Positions 42,623-49,777 of a stretch of 64,000 nucleotides of DNA are shown here, in pieces. Location of the stretch: assembly GCF_004765795.1 (NCBI RefSeq), contig NZ_SBIV01000002.1:62001-126000 (forward strand), read 5' to 3'. The number at the start of each line of letters is the position of its first letter. Position 1 is the stretch's first letter. The position numbers and the translations under genes were made by a program. Source of the stretch: Halorussus marinus. Its GTDB lineage: Archaea > Halobacteriota > Halobacteria > Halobacteriales > Haladaptataceae. The notes below the pieces were generated by a model, which made no database searches, was not told the origin of the DNA, and was given only the letters and a program-made list of their open reading frames with translations.

Positions 42623-43426
42623 TTACGGCTCTCGGGGGTCTTCTGGGGTGAACCACGTCGCGACGCCGCCGAGGTCGGGCTCGCGGCGGGCCCAGAACCG
42701 GGACCACTCGACGACGAGCATGGCGGCAGTCACGACGAGCGCGTAACAGACCGCGATGACCCGCCCGGTCAGCACGGTCTCGAACACCGCCGGGCCGAGC
42801 GCTTCTTGGATCCCGATCAGCAGGAGGATGCCCCCGACGTGCAGGACCAACAGCACCGAGCCCATGAACGCGATGATCCGAATCGGAATCTCGAGCACCA
42901 TGTGGACCGACAGCTCCTCGTAGCGGCGCTTTCCGAAGAACTCGCGGCGAAGCTCGACGAGCTGGGAGACGAGGATGCCGACGGCGGCCGCGAGGACCGC
43001 CGGCGACACCGCCGACGCGACGTCGACGTACGGGAAGTCCCCCCAGAGGGGAACGGCGATCCAGAAGACGCCGAAGACGAGCGACATGAACACCAGAAAC
43101 GCGTTCCGGCGGTACACCGGCGGGAGCGGCCCCGGCAGGCCAACGGGATCGGGCTCCTCGCGCCACTTGGGGTCGAGTTCGGTGTTCTTGCCGACGCCGG
43201 GGAGGTAGACGCTCCGCCCTTCGAGTCGAATCGGTCGCTCGGCGAAGAGCGCCGCCACGCTGTAGGCGCCAAGCATGGCGGCCATCTCGATCCAGTAGGT
43301 CGCAAGCACCTGCACCACCGCCCAGTCGAGGACGACCACGCCCGCGAGCGGCAGGAGGTTCGAGAGGGCAACCGGGACGAACGCCCGGTAGTCGCCCGCT
43401 CCGTCGGTCTCTCGGTCGGGGGCCAT
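42623..43426 (-). CDS. DUF6498-like membrane protein
   Basis: SNLLPLAGVVVLDW...YWIE; several TM segments. Confidence 0.7.
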   Translation of the reverse strand: MAPDRETDGAGDYRAFVPVALSNLLPLAGVVVLDWAVVQVLATYWIEMAAMLGAYSVAALFAERPIRLEGRSVYLPGVGKNTELDPKWREEPDPVGLPGPLPPVYRRNAFLVFMSLVFGVFWIAVPLWGDFPYVDVASAVSPAVLAAAVGILVSQLVELRREFFGKRRYEELSVHMVLEIPIRIIAFMGSVLLVLHVGGILLLIGIQEALGPAVFETVLTGRVIAVCYALVVTAAMLVVEWSRFWARREPDLGGVATWFTPEDPREP

Positions 43427-43483
43427 ACGGCGAGCATGGTGGCCCCGAGTCGATAAGCCCAACGCTCCGGCGACGCTCGGCGG

Positions 43484-44203
43484 TCAGTCGGCGAGCCGAG
43501 CGTCCGTGATCCGAAGCGTCCCCCGGGTCCCGTCCCACTCTGTCTCGGACTCCAATTCGATAGCGCGGTCCATGTGTGGCCCGTCGGTTACGAGCGTCTC
43601 GAACTCGCCGCCCTCGCCGAGTATGTGGACGCCCCGGCGCTCGTTGAGCGCTTCGAGTTCGTCGAGAGCCGCCGCATCGAGCCTGCGCCCGAGCCACGAC
43701 TCGTCGAGCCCGTCGGCCGCCACTCGGATGATGGTGATCTCGAAGCCGGCGTCGAGCATCGCGTCGGCGAGCTCGCGGGGGTCTTCCTGCCAGAGGGGCG
43801 CGAACAGGTCGGCGTCGAGCCGGTCGCACATCGCCTCGATGCGGGAGGTCTGATACTCGCTCTCGACCGCGCCGGCGGTCACGCCCGCGACGCCGCCCTC
43901 GAGGTCGGCGTCGAGTTCCCCGAGCGCGGCTTCGAGGGGCCGGAGTTCGGCGTCGCCCTGCGCGCCCGACTCGGTCGCGGCCTCGGCCTCGAAGTCGTCG
44001 GGCGCGACCTCGACCAGTGGGATCCCGACGCTCTCGGCCGCGAGAGTCGCCAGCTCGGTCGCCGGGACGTGGTACATGTACGAGTCGCCCTCGGGGTGGA
44101 CGGTGACCAGCCGGGCGACGTCCAGTCCCTCCTCGAGGGCCCGATACAGCGCCCACGAGGAGTCTTTGCCGCCCGAAAAGAGGCTCACCCAGTTGTCGGT
44201 CAT
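43484..44203 (-). CDS. dph6: Diphthine--ammonia ligase
   Basis: SLFSGGKDS PP-loop, SYMYH, SEYQ and GEGGEFET. Confidence 0.93.
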   Translation of the reverse strand: MTDNWVSLFSGGKDSSWALYRALEEGLDVARLVTVHPEGDSYMYHVPATELATLAAESVGIPLVEVAPDDFEAEAATESGAQGDAELRPLEAALGELDADLEGGVAGVTAGAVESEYQTSRIEAMCDRLDADLFAPLWQEDPRELADAMLDAGFEITIIRVAADGLDESWLGRRLDAAALDELEALNERRGVHILGEGGEFETLVTDGPHMDRAIELESETEWDGTRGTLRITDARLAD

Positions 44204-44271
44204 GGTCGTCGATTCGGGCGCGAGCGAGTAAAGACCCCCCGGTCTCGGTCGCTTTGGTTCGGCGCCCCCGT

Positions 44272-44415
44272 CTAGAATCCGATGAGGTCGTCGAGTTCGA
44301 CCTCGGCCACGCGGCCGCCACAGGCCGCACACTCGTCGACGTACTCGGGACCGGCGCCGCCCTGGAGGTGAAGGTTACCACAGTCGGTGCACACCTGCGG
44401 GTCTGCGTCGAGCAT
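44272..44415 (-). CDS. 47-aa zinc-finger micro-protein
   Basis: Not in the ORF track. Manual translation: MLDADPQVCTDCGNLHLQGGAGPEYVDECAACGGRVAEVELDDLIGF*. Confidence 0.75.
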   Translation of the reverse strand: MLDADPQVCTDCGNLHLQGGAGPEYVDECAACGGRVAEVELDDLIGF

Positions 44416-44453
44416 GCCCGGACGTTCAGACGCGAGTCAAATGTACCTTGTGC

Positions 44454-45596
44454 CTACTCGGCCAGTTCCTCGTCGAGGGTCGTCCCGGTGACGTACGACG
44501 AGAGCTGGACGCCGACCAGACTCACCACGACGCCGGCGACGACGAACACCGCGAGTCGGGTGCCCGGCGGGACCTGCATGCTCTCGATCACGAGGTTGCC
44601 GACTTCGATCCGGGGGACGACGATGGGCGCGACCAGCCCCGCGGGCTGGAGGAAGTACGCCGAGAACCCCCGGACGACCAGCCCGACCGCGAGCACGCCG
44701 AACGGGAGGTTGAGGTAGGCGTTTCGGACCCGGTCGTTACGGATGGCCTCGTCGAGCAGTCGGCCGGTCGAGGCCGCCATCGCGGCGCTCGCGAGCCACG
44801 GCACGCTCGCGAACGCGAACGCCATCGCGGGCATCAACACCCCCTCGTTCGAGATCGTCATATCCGAGACCCGGAGCGCGCCGGCGAACACCCCGACCAG
44901 CGACAGCCCCGCGGCGACGACGTAGGTGACGATCGAGACCCGCCCGGAGTAAAGGGCGTCCCGGACCTCCGCGGGGAGGTCTGCCACGTAGTCGTCGACG
45001 CCGAGCCCCTTGTAGAGGACGAAAAGCCCCATCACGGCGGTGATAGTCGAGACCGCGATCGCCTGCCCGAACCCCATCAGCAGGATGGGAAACGCGATCA
45101 GCGCGACCCCGACCGGGACCAGCACGGTCTGGCGGAGCTCCTCGTCGGCGAGAAACTGCTTGAGCAGGTAGTAGGTGGACTCGATGTCCCTGGCCTGCCG
45201 GACGACCACCCGGTCGACCGCGTCGACCTGCACCCGGCTCTCGATGATCGGGACCAGCCGCTCGTCTTGGGCGCTGTCGATGACGACGATCGCCGAGTCG
45301 GGGTCGTACTCCGCGATGAGGTCGTCGGTCTGGGCCGCGACCGCGCGGTCGCGACCCACCATGGTGTCGGCCGCCCCCGAGATGACCGCGACGGTGACCT
45401 CCTCGTCGCCGTCCCTGAGATCGCGGGCGACCCGGAGCGATTCGAGCAAGCAGTTGACGCCGGCGTCCTCGGGGTCCGCGATCCCGACCTCGGTGACCAG
45501 CGACCGGACCGCCTCCCATCCGACGACCGGGGTTTCCAGCCCGGTCTTGGCACCGATGTCGTCGTCGCGGTCGACACAGACCACCAGCGTGCTCAT
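44454..45596 (-). CDS. DUF373 family membrane protein
   Basis: LVVCVDRDDDIG, DPEDAGVN and VVVRQARDIESTYY; TM C-terminal half. Confidence 0.9.
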   Translation of the reverse strand: MSTLVVCVDRDDDIGAKTGLETPVVGWEAVRSLVTEVGIADPEDAGVNCLLESLRVARDLRDGDEEVTVAVISGAADTMVGRDRAVAAQTDDLIAEYDPDSAIVVIDSAQDERLVPIIESRVQVDAVDRVVVRQARDIESTYYLLKQFLADEELRQTVLVPVGVALIAFPILLMGFGQAIAVSTITAVMGLFVLYKGLGVDDYVADLPAEVRDALYSGRVSIVTYVVAAGLSLVGVFAGALRVSDMTISNEGVLMPAMAFAFASVPWLASAAMAASTGRLLDEAIRNDRVRNAYLNLPFGVLAVGLVVRGFSAYFLQPAGLVAPIVVPRIEVGNLVIESMQVPPGTRLAVFVVAGVVVSLVGVQLSSYVTGTTLDEELAE

Positions 45597-45667
45597 GTCG
45601 TTCGACTGGGCCCAGACGCGCGAGGGATAAAAAGGCTCGCGTCGGGGCGGCCGACTCCGCGATCAGT

Positions 45668-45696
45668 CGGCGTCGGCGGGATCGACGACCTCGCCG
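45668..45696. repeat. Left 29-bp direct repeat (att-like; displaced copy of the nth 3' end)
   Basis: CGGCGTCGGCGGGATCGACGACCTCGCCG, identical to 48151-48179. With 45663-45667 it reads GEVVDPADAD* on the minus strand. Confidence 0.93.
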
Positions 45697-45706
45697 AGTC
45701 GACCGA

Positions 45707-46573
45707 TCAGAGAGTCGTCTGATTCCGAACCGCCGAGAGCGCTTCGTCGTCTTTGTATCGTGAGTACGGATTTAGCTCGGGATCGAGATACACGCAGTCG
45801 AACCCCCAGAGCGCGTCGGCCGAGAACGTCGCCGTCTTGCCCGAGTCGCCCTCGGTATCGCTCTTGTTGAACTGGTCGGGGTCCATCTCGCCCATTCGGA
45901 CTTCCCAGATCCACGCGGTGTCTTTCCGCGTTCCTCGCTCGTAGTTTCGGTCTCGATCCGCCAGAACGTACCGAAGCGTGACGTACAGGCCCGGTTTCGG
46001 GAGGTGTCCTTTCGGCATGTTGTTCTCCATCGCGACTTTGATCTCGATCCCCGGAACGCCACTCCGAGCGCCGGTGCTGATCAGATCGGGGAAATTCCCC
46101 GCGTTCACTTCGTAGAGCCCCTCAGACGCCTCGGCGACACCGGAGGCGAAAAACTCCCCGATCACGGTCGAGAGCGCAGAGTACTCGTCGAACTGTTCGG
46201 CGAGCGGTTCGACACCCCGCCGTTCGAACGCGAAGTCGATCGTATCCAGGTTCTCGTACGCTCTCTCGATCCCCATCAGAATCGCCGAGTTGTCGAAGGG
46301 AACGTCGTCGTAGATATCTGCGTCCTCGATCACGTACTCTTCTTTCGGTGTTCTGAACGATTCGGGGTTCACCAGTTCGGTGATGGTGACGTCTAATGCG
46401 TCTGCGATCCGCATCACGATCGAAATACCGGGCTCTCGTTCGCCCCGTTCGATCTTCCCGAGCGTGGTTCGGTGTATGTCAGCGGTCTCGGCGATCTCTT
46501 CGAGGGAGTTCCCGTGTAGCTCGCGGAGTTCCTTGATTCGCCGACCGAGATCCGATCTGAACTCGTCGCTCAT
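45707..46573 (-). CDS. XRE/C-protein HTH fused to a putative PD-(D/E)XK restriction endonuclease
   Basis: N-terminal LGRRIKELRE...SLEEIAETADIHRTTLGKIERGEREPGISIVMRIADALDV. The C-terminal domain has an E...FPDL...GIEIK catalytic-like motif. Divergent from a C5 MTase. Confidence 0.8.
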   Translation of the reverse strand: MSDEFRSDLGRRIKELRELHGNSLEEIAETADIHRTTLGKIERGEREPGISIVMRIADALDVTITELVNPESFRTPKEEYVIEDADIYDDVPFDNSAILMGIERAYENLDTIDFAFERRGVEPLAEQFDEYSALSTVIGEFFASGVAEASEGLYEVNAGNFPDLISTGARSGVPGIEIKVAMENNMPKGHLPKPGLYVTLRYVLADRDRNYERGTRKDTAWIWEVRMGEMDPDQFNKSDTEGDSGKTATFSADALWGFDCVYLDPELNPYSRYKDDEALSAVRNQTTL

Positions 46574-46610
46574 GCGTTGGGACCAGACACCGTCGCTCGT
46601 TAAACATAAT

Positions 46611-46626
46611 TGAGACAATTGTCTCA
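46611..46626. promoter_or_regulatory. Perfect 16-bp palindrome TGAGACAATTGTCTCA, candidate operator (C-box analogue)
   Basis: Read directly from the sequence. It lies just upstream of a minus-strand TTTAA (46604-46600), which is 27-31 bp before the ATG at 46573. Confidence 0.7.
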
Positions 46627-46793
46627 TCGTTGGCGATCGATTAACTCTGCGCCGATCTGACAACGGTTCGATCGAATTCGAGGCTCCTACGAAGGGTATT
46701 AAGGCGGTGCGAAGATAGCTACGGATAATGCATCGCCCCAGTCAGACCGAGACGGCCGTAACTGGCGACGAAGCGATCGTCTCACCGTAATCT

Positions 46794-48053
46794 ATGGTAG
46801 GTGTCATCGACCTGTTCTGTGGCACGGGCGGCTTCACGTACGGCTTCGAGACCCACCCCTCCGACCAGTTCGAAGTCCTGTTGGGACTCGATAAAAAGGA
46901 CGTCGCCGCCGAGACGTTCGAACGAAACCATCCGGACGCGGAGGTCGTGAACGCGGACATTCGAGAGTGGCCCCCCGAGAAAACGGCCCGACAGACGGAC
47001 GTCACTCCCGACGACGTCGACGTGATCGTGGGCGGTCCGCCCTGTCAAGGCTTCTCTTCGATTCGTCCGGACCGCGGCGACGACGTTCTGGACGAACGGA
47101 ACGGGCTGTACTCCGACTTCATAGAGTACGTCGCCTACTACGAGCCCGACTTCTTCGTGATGGAGAACGTGGTCGGACTGGCCACCCACGAAGACGGCGA
47201 GACGATCGGCCAGATTTTGGACGATACGCGACACATCGGGTACACCGCCGACTGGCGGATCCTGAACGCCGCCAATTTCGGCCTGCCACAGCGCCGAGAG
47301 CGACTGATTATGATCGGTGCGGCCGACGAGCGGGAGATCGAATTCCCGGATCCGACACACGAGGCGGACGGTCGAACGATCGGGTACCGGGACAAGTCGA
47401 AGGTCGTGACGACACAGCCCACGCTGGACAGTTTCCGGGACGCCAAAGCCCTCCGAGAGGCGAGAACGATAGTCGACGCCATCGGCGATCTCCCGGAACT
47501 GGAGGCCGGAGAACGCGCAGTCGAGTACACACAGCCGCCACAAAACCGCTATCAGGCGTCGCTACGCGACGGATCGGCGGAGCTCACGCTACACGAGGCG
47601 ACCGATCACGGGGAGAAGATGCTGACGATAATCAGACACAGCGGCCCGAACAAGCAGACGACCATCGAGAATCTGGAGCGGTCGCCGGAAGTGGACGACG
47701 TCGACGACTACATCACTACGGGGTACAGTTCGAGCTACTCCCGCCTCGACCCGGACCTCCCCTCGGTGACGATGACGGTCAACTTCATCCATCCCGCCTC
47801 CAACAAGTGCATCCATCCGACCCAAGACAGAGCGCTCACGCCGCGGGAGGGTGCTCGGATACAGAGTTTCCCCGACAGCTTCGAGTTCGTCGGAAACCGG
47901 AGCGACGTCGTAGAGCAGATAGGAAACGCCGTCCCGCCACTACTCGGGCGCGTGCTGGCAGAACACGTCGTCGGGATGTACGACGAGTCGTATCGGGCTG
48001 ATTACGCCGCGTGTGTCATCGATGACGGACCCGAGCGCACGGCCGAAATCTAA
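46794..48053 (+). CDS. DNA (cytosine-5)-methyltransferase
   Basis: Motif I DLFCGTGG, IV GGPPCQGFS, VI MENV, VIII PQRRER, IX/X RALTPREGARIQSFP...QIGNAVPP. Confidence 0.97.
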   Translation: MVGVIDLFCGTGGFTYGFETHPSDQFEVLLGLDKKDVAAETFERNHPDAEVVNADIREWPPEKTARQTDVTPDDVDVIVGGPPCQGFSSIRPDRGDDVLDERNGLYSDFIEYVAYYEPDFFVMENVVGLATHEDGETIGQILDDTRHIGYTADWRILNAANFGLPQRRERLIMIGAADEREIEFPDPTHEADGRTIGYRDKSKVVTTQPTLDSFRDAKALREARTIVDAIGDLPELEAGERAVEYTQPPQNRYQASLRDGSAELTLHEATDHGEKMLTIIRHSGPNKQTTIENLERSPEVDDVDDYITTGYSSSYSRLDPDLPSVTMTVNFIHPASNKCIHPTQDRALTPREGARIQSFPDSFEFVGNRSDVVEQIGNAVPPLLGRVLAEHVVGMYDESYRADYAACVIDDGPERTAEI

Positions 48054-48136
48054 GCGACCGCGTTCTCCAGAGGCCCGCCACTCCGCCCGGTAGCAGTGCT
48101 GTGGCCGCCTGAGCCGGAAGCGGATCTCGAACGGCG

Positions 48137-48970
48137 CTACTCGTTTGTGACGGCGTCGGCGGGATCGACGACCTCGCCGGTCGCGGGTTCGACGCCCACC
48201 CGATCGCAGAGGTCGGACAGCGGACACGCCTCGGGACCGTCGAGACACGCCGGTTTGCGGGCGGTACAGTGCTCGCGGCCGAACTGAATCGTCGCGGTGT
48301 GGCCGAAGCCGCACTTCTCGGCGGGCACCTCGCGTTCTAGGACCGCCCGGACGGTCTCGTGATCGGCGTCGGGCGCCGCGACCCCGAGCCGCCGGTAGAT
48401 GCGATGGACGTGGGTGTCGACGGGGAACACGCCCGACTGCCCGCCCGCGAACAGCAACACGCAGTCGGCGGTCTTCGGTCCGACGCCGTTCAGATCGAGG
48501 AGCGCCGACCGGACCTCGCCGGGATCGCCCTCCCGGACGAACTCGTCGAAGGCGGCCGCGCTCCCGTGGTCGTCGAGGACGCGGTCGGCGACGGTCGTGA
48601 TGACGTCGGTCTTCTGGTTGTAGAGGCCCGCCGGTCGGATAGTGTCGGCGAGTTCGTCGGGATCGGCGCCCGCGAGCGCGACCGCGAGGTCGGTGTCGTC
48701 GGACCCGTCCGCGCCCCCGGTGGCGTACCGCTCCATCAGCGCGTCGTGGGCCGGCTGGCTCGCCTTGTCGCTGGTGTTTTGACTCAGGATCGTCCGGACC
48801 AGACACTCGAAGGCCGGCCGACCGCCGTAGGTCTTCGTCCAGTACAACCGGCCGAGTTCGTCGACGACCGCCTCGGCGCGGGTGTCGGGGTCGCCGTCCC
48901 GGAAGCTCGCGAACGAGCTCCCCGCGGGGTCGCCGCCGCTGATGTTCTCGGCGGGTTCGGGATCGTCCAT
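48137..48970 (-). CDS. nth: Endonuclease III family (HhH-GPD) DNA glycosylase with 4Fe-4S cluster
   Basis: TILSQNTSD, GVGPKTADC, FPVDTHVHR and C-TARKPA-C...CPLSDLC. Probable start MDDPEP at 48970. Confidence 0.92.
   Translation of the reverse strand: MDDPEPAENISGGDPAGSSFASFRDGDPDTRAEAVVDELGRLYWTKTYGGRPAFECLVRTILSQNTSDKASQPAHDALMERYATGGADGSDDTDLAVALAGADPDELADTIRPAGLYNQKTDVITTVADRVLDDHGSAAAFDEFVREGDPGEVRSALLDLNGVGPKTADCVLLFAGGQSGVFPVDTHVHRIYRRLGVAAPDADHETVRAVLEREVPAEKCGFGHTATIQFGREHCTARKPACLDGPEACPLSDLCDRVGVEPATGEVVDPADAVTNE
48151..48179. repeat. Right 29-bp direct repeat, inside the nth 3' end
   Basis: Identical to 45668-45696; encodes GEVVDPADA of the current Nth C-terminus. Confidence 0.93.
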
Positions 48971-49002
48971 ACCGGGCGTTCGGGACGCCAGCGGATTAAA
49001 AC

Positions 49003-49416
49003 CTACACGACCGAGAGGGTCACCGTCAGGTCCGCCCCCGCCGCGAGCGCCGCCGCGAGGTCGCGGTCGAACGCCTCGGCGGCGAACTCGGCGCCCACCA
49101 TCACGGTGCGGTCGTCGACGTAATCGCTGGTCCGGCCGACCGCGCTCCGGTCGCTCTCGAAGGTGAGGTCGGGGTCGCCCCGACCGGTCACGGTCTCGCG
49201 GTGACCGTCGGCCTCGAACGTCGCGGTGACGGTCGCCTCGGCGTCCCGACACGCCGCGACGAACTCCGGGTCGAAGTCGGCGGGCGCCCGGTCGGCCTCG
49301 ATGCCGAGGATGCAGTCGCCCGCCGGCGTGAGGAAGTCGTCGGTCGTGACCTCGAAGGTGCTCGCGTGGGCGGCCGAGACGTGCTCGTGGCCCGTCGCGT
49401 GGATGACTTCGTCCAT
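49003..49416 (-). CDS. DUF371 family protein
   Basis: GHEHVSAAHASTFEVT, LTPAGDCI and RTSDYVDDRT. Confidence 0.9.
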   Translation of the reverse strand: MDEVIHATGHEHVSAAHASTFEVTTDDFLTPAGDCILGIEADRAPADFDPEFVAACRDAEATVTATFEADGHRETVTGRGDPDLTFESDRSAVGRTSDYVDDRTVMVGAEFAAEAFDRDLAAALAAGADLTVTLSVV

Positions 49417-49512
49417 CGTGTCCGGGAGGGTTCGCGGCGGGGGTACTTGAGCGCGGCCTTCCGATCACGGTGTTCGGGCGCCGTCGGGCGACTCGGCGGG
49501 TCCCCGCGGGAC

Positions 49513-49665
49513 TCAGCGCACCACGGTCACCGTGACCGCGCCGCAGGCACACTCGTAGGCCCGGCGCTCGCCGGCGGCGGTCACCATGCGGACCAGCAGT
49601 TGGTCGTCGCCGAGCGCGCGGTCACAGCCCGGAGCGTCGCAAGCGCACCGAAGATCGTCGAGCAT
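49513..49665 (-). CDS. 50-aa Cys-rich (zinc-finger-like) micro-protein
   Basis: MLDDLRCACDAPGCDRAL...RRAYECACGAVTVTVVR*; TTTAAG on the minus strand about 30 bp upstream. Confidence 0.65.
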   Translation of the reverse strand: MLDDLRCACDAPGCDRALGDDQLLVRMVTAAGERRAYECACGAVTVTVVR

Positions 49666-49777
49666 GTCGGGGAGTCGTCGCGCCGGCCCCCTTAAATTGA
49701 GCCATGGGTGCGGTGAAAGTGAAAGTGAAGCTCCGCGGGACGTAAAACATATCACGCCGGGGTTTAGTTGCCTCAGT

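Larger units (their letters stand above)
45668..48179. mobile_element. 2.5-kb genomic islet carrying a putative type II restriction-modification system, inserted at the 3' end of nth
   Basis: Exact 29-bp direct repeats at both ends; codon usage visibly more AT-rich than the flanks; cargo is HTH-nuclease plus C5 MTase; no integrase inside. Confidence 0.85.

Noticed and set aside
45663..45914. 83-aa minus-strand ORF ending GEVVDPADAD
   Set aside because: It overlaps the nuclease gene in another frame. Only its last 10 codons are meaningful, as the duplicated nth tail.
46574..46663. 30-aa N-terminal extension of the HTH-nuclease in the ORF track
   Set aside because: It starts at TTG and runs through the TATA element and palindrome. 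The ATG at 46573 fits the domain boundary and promoter spacing.
48137..48970. Idea that the glycosylase beside the C5 MTase is a Mig-type T:G mismatch enzyme belonging to the R-M system
   Set aside because: It has Lys in the HhH motif (GVGPKTA), as in Nth lyases, where Mig has Tyr. It has host-like codon usage and lies almost entirely outside the repeats, so it is the integration target and not cargo.
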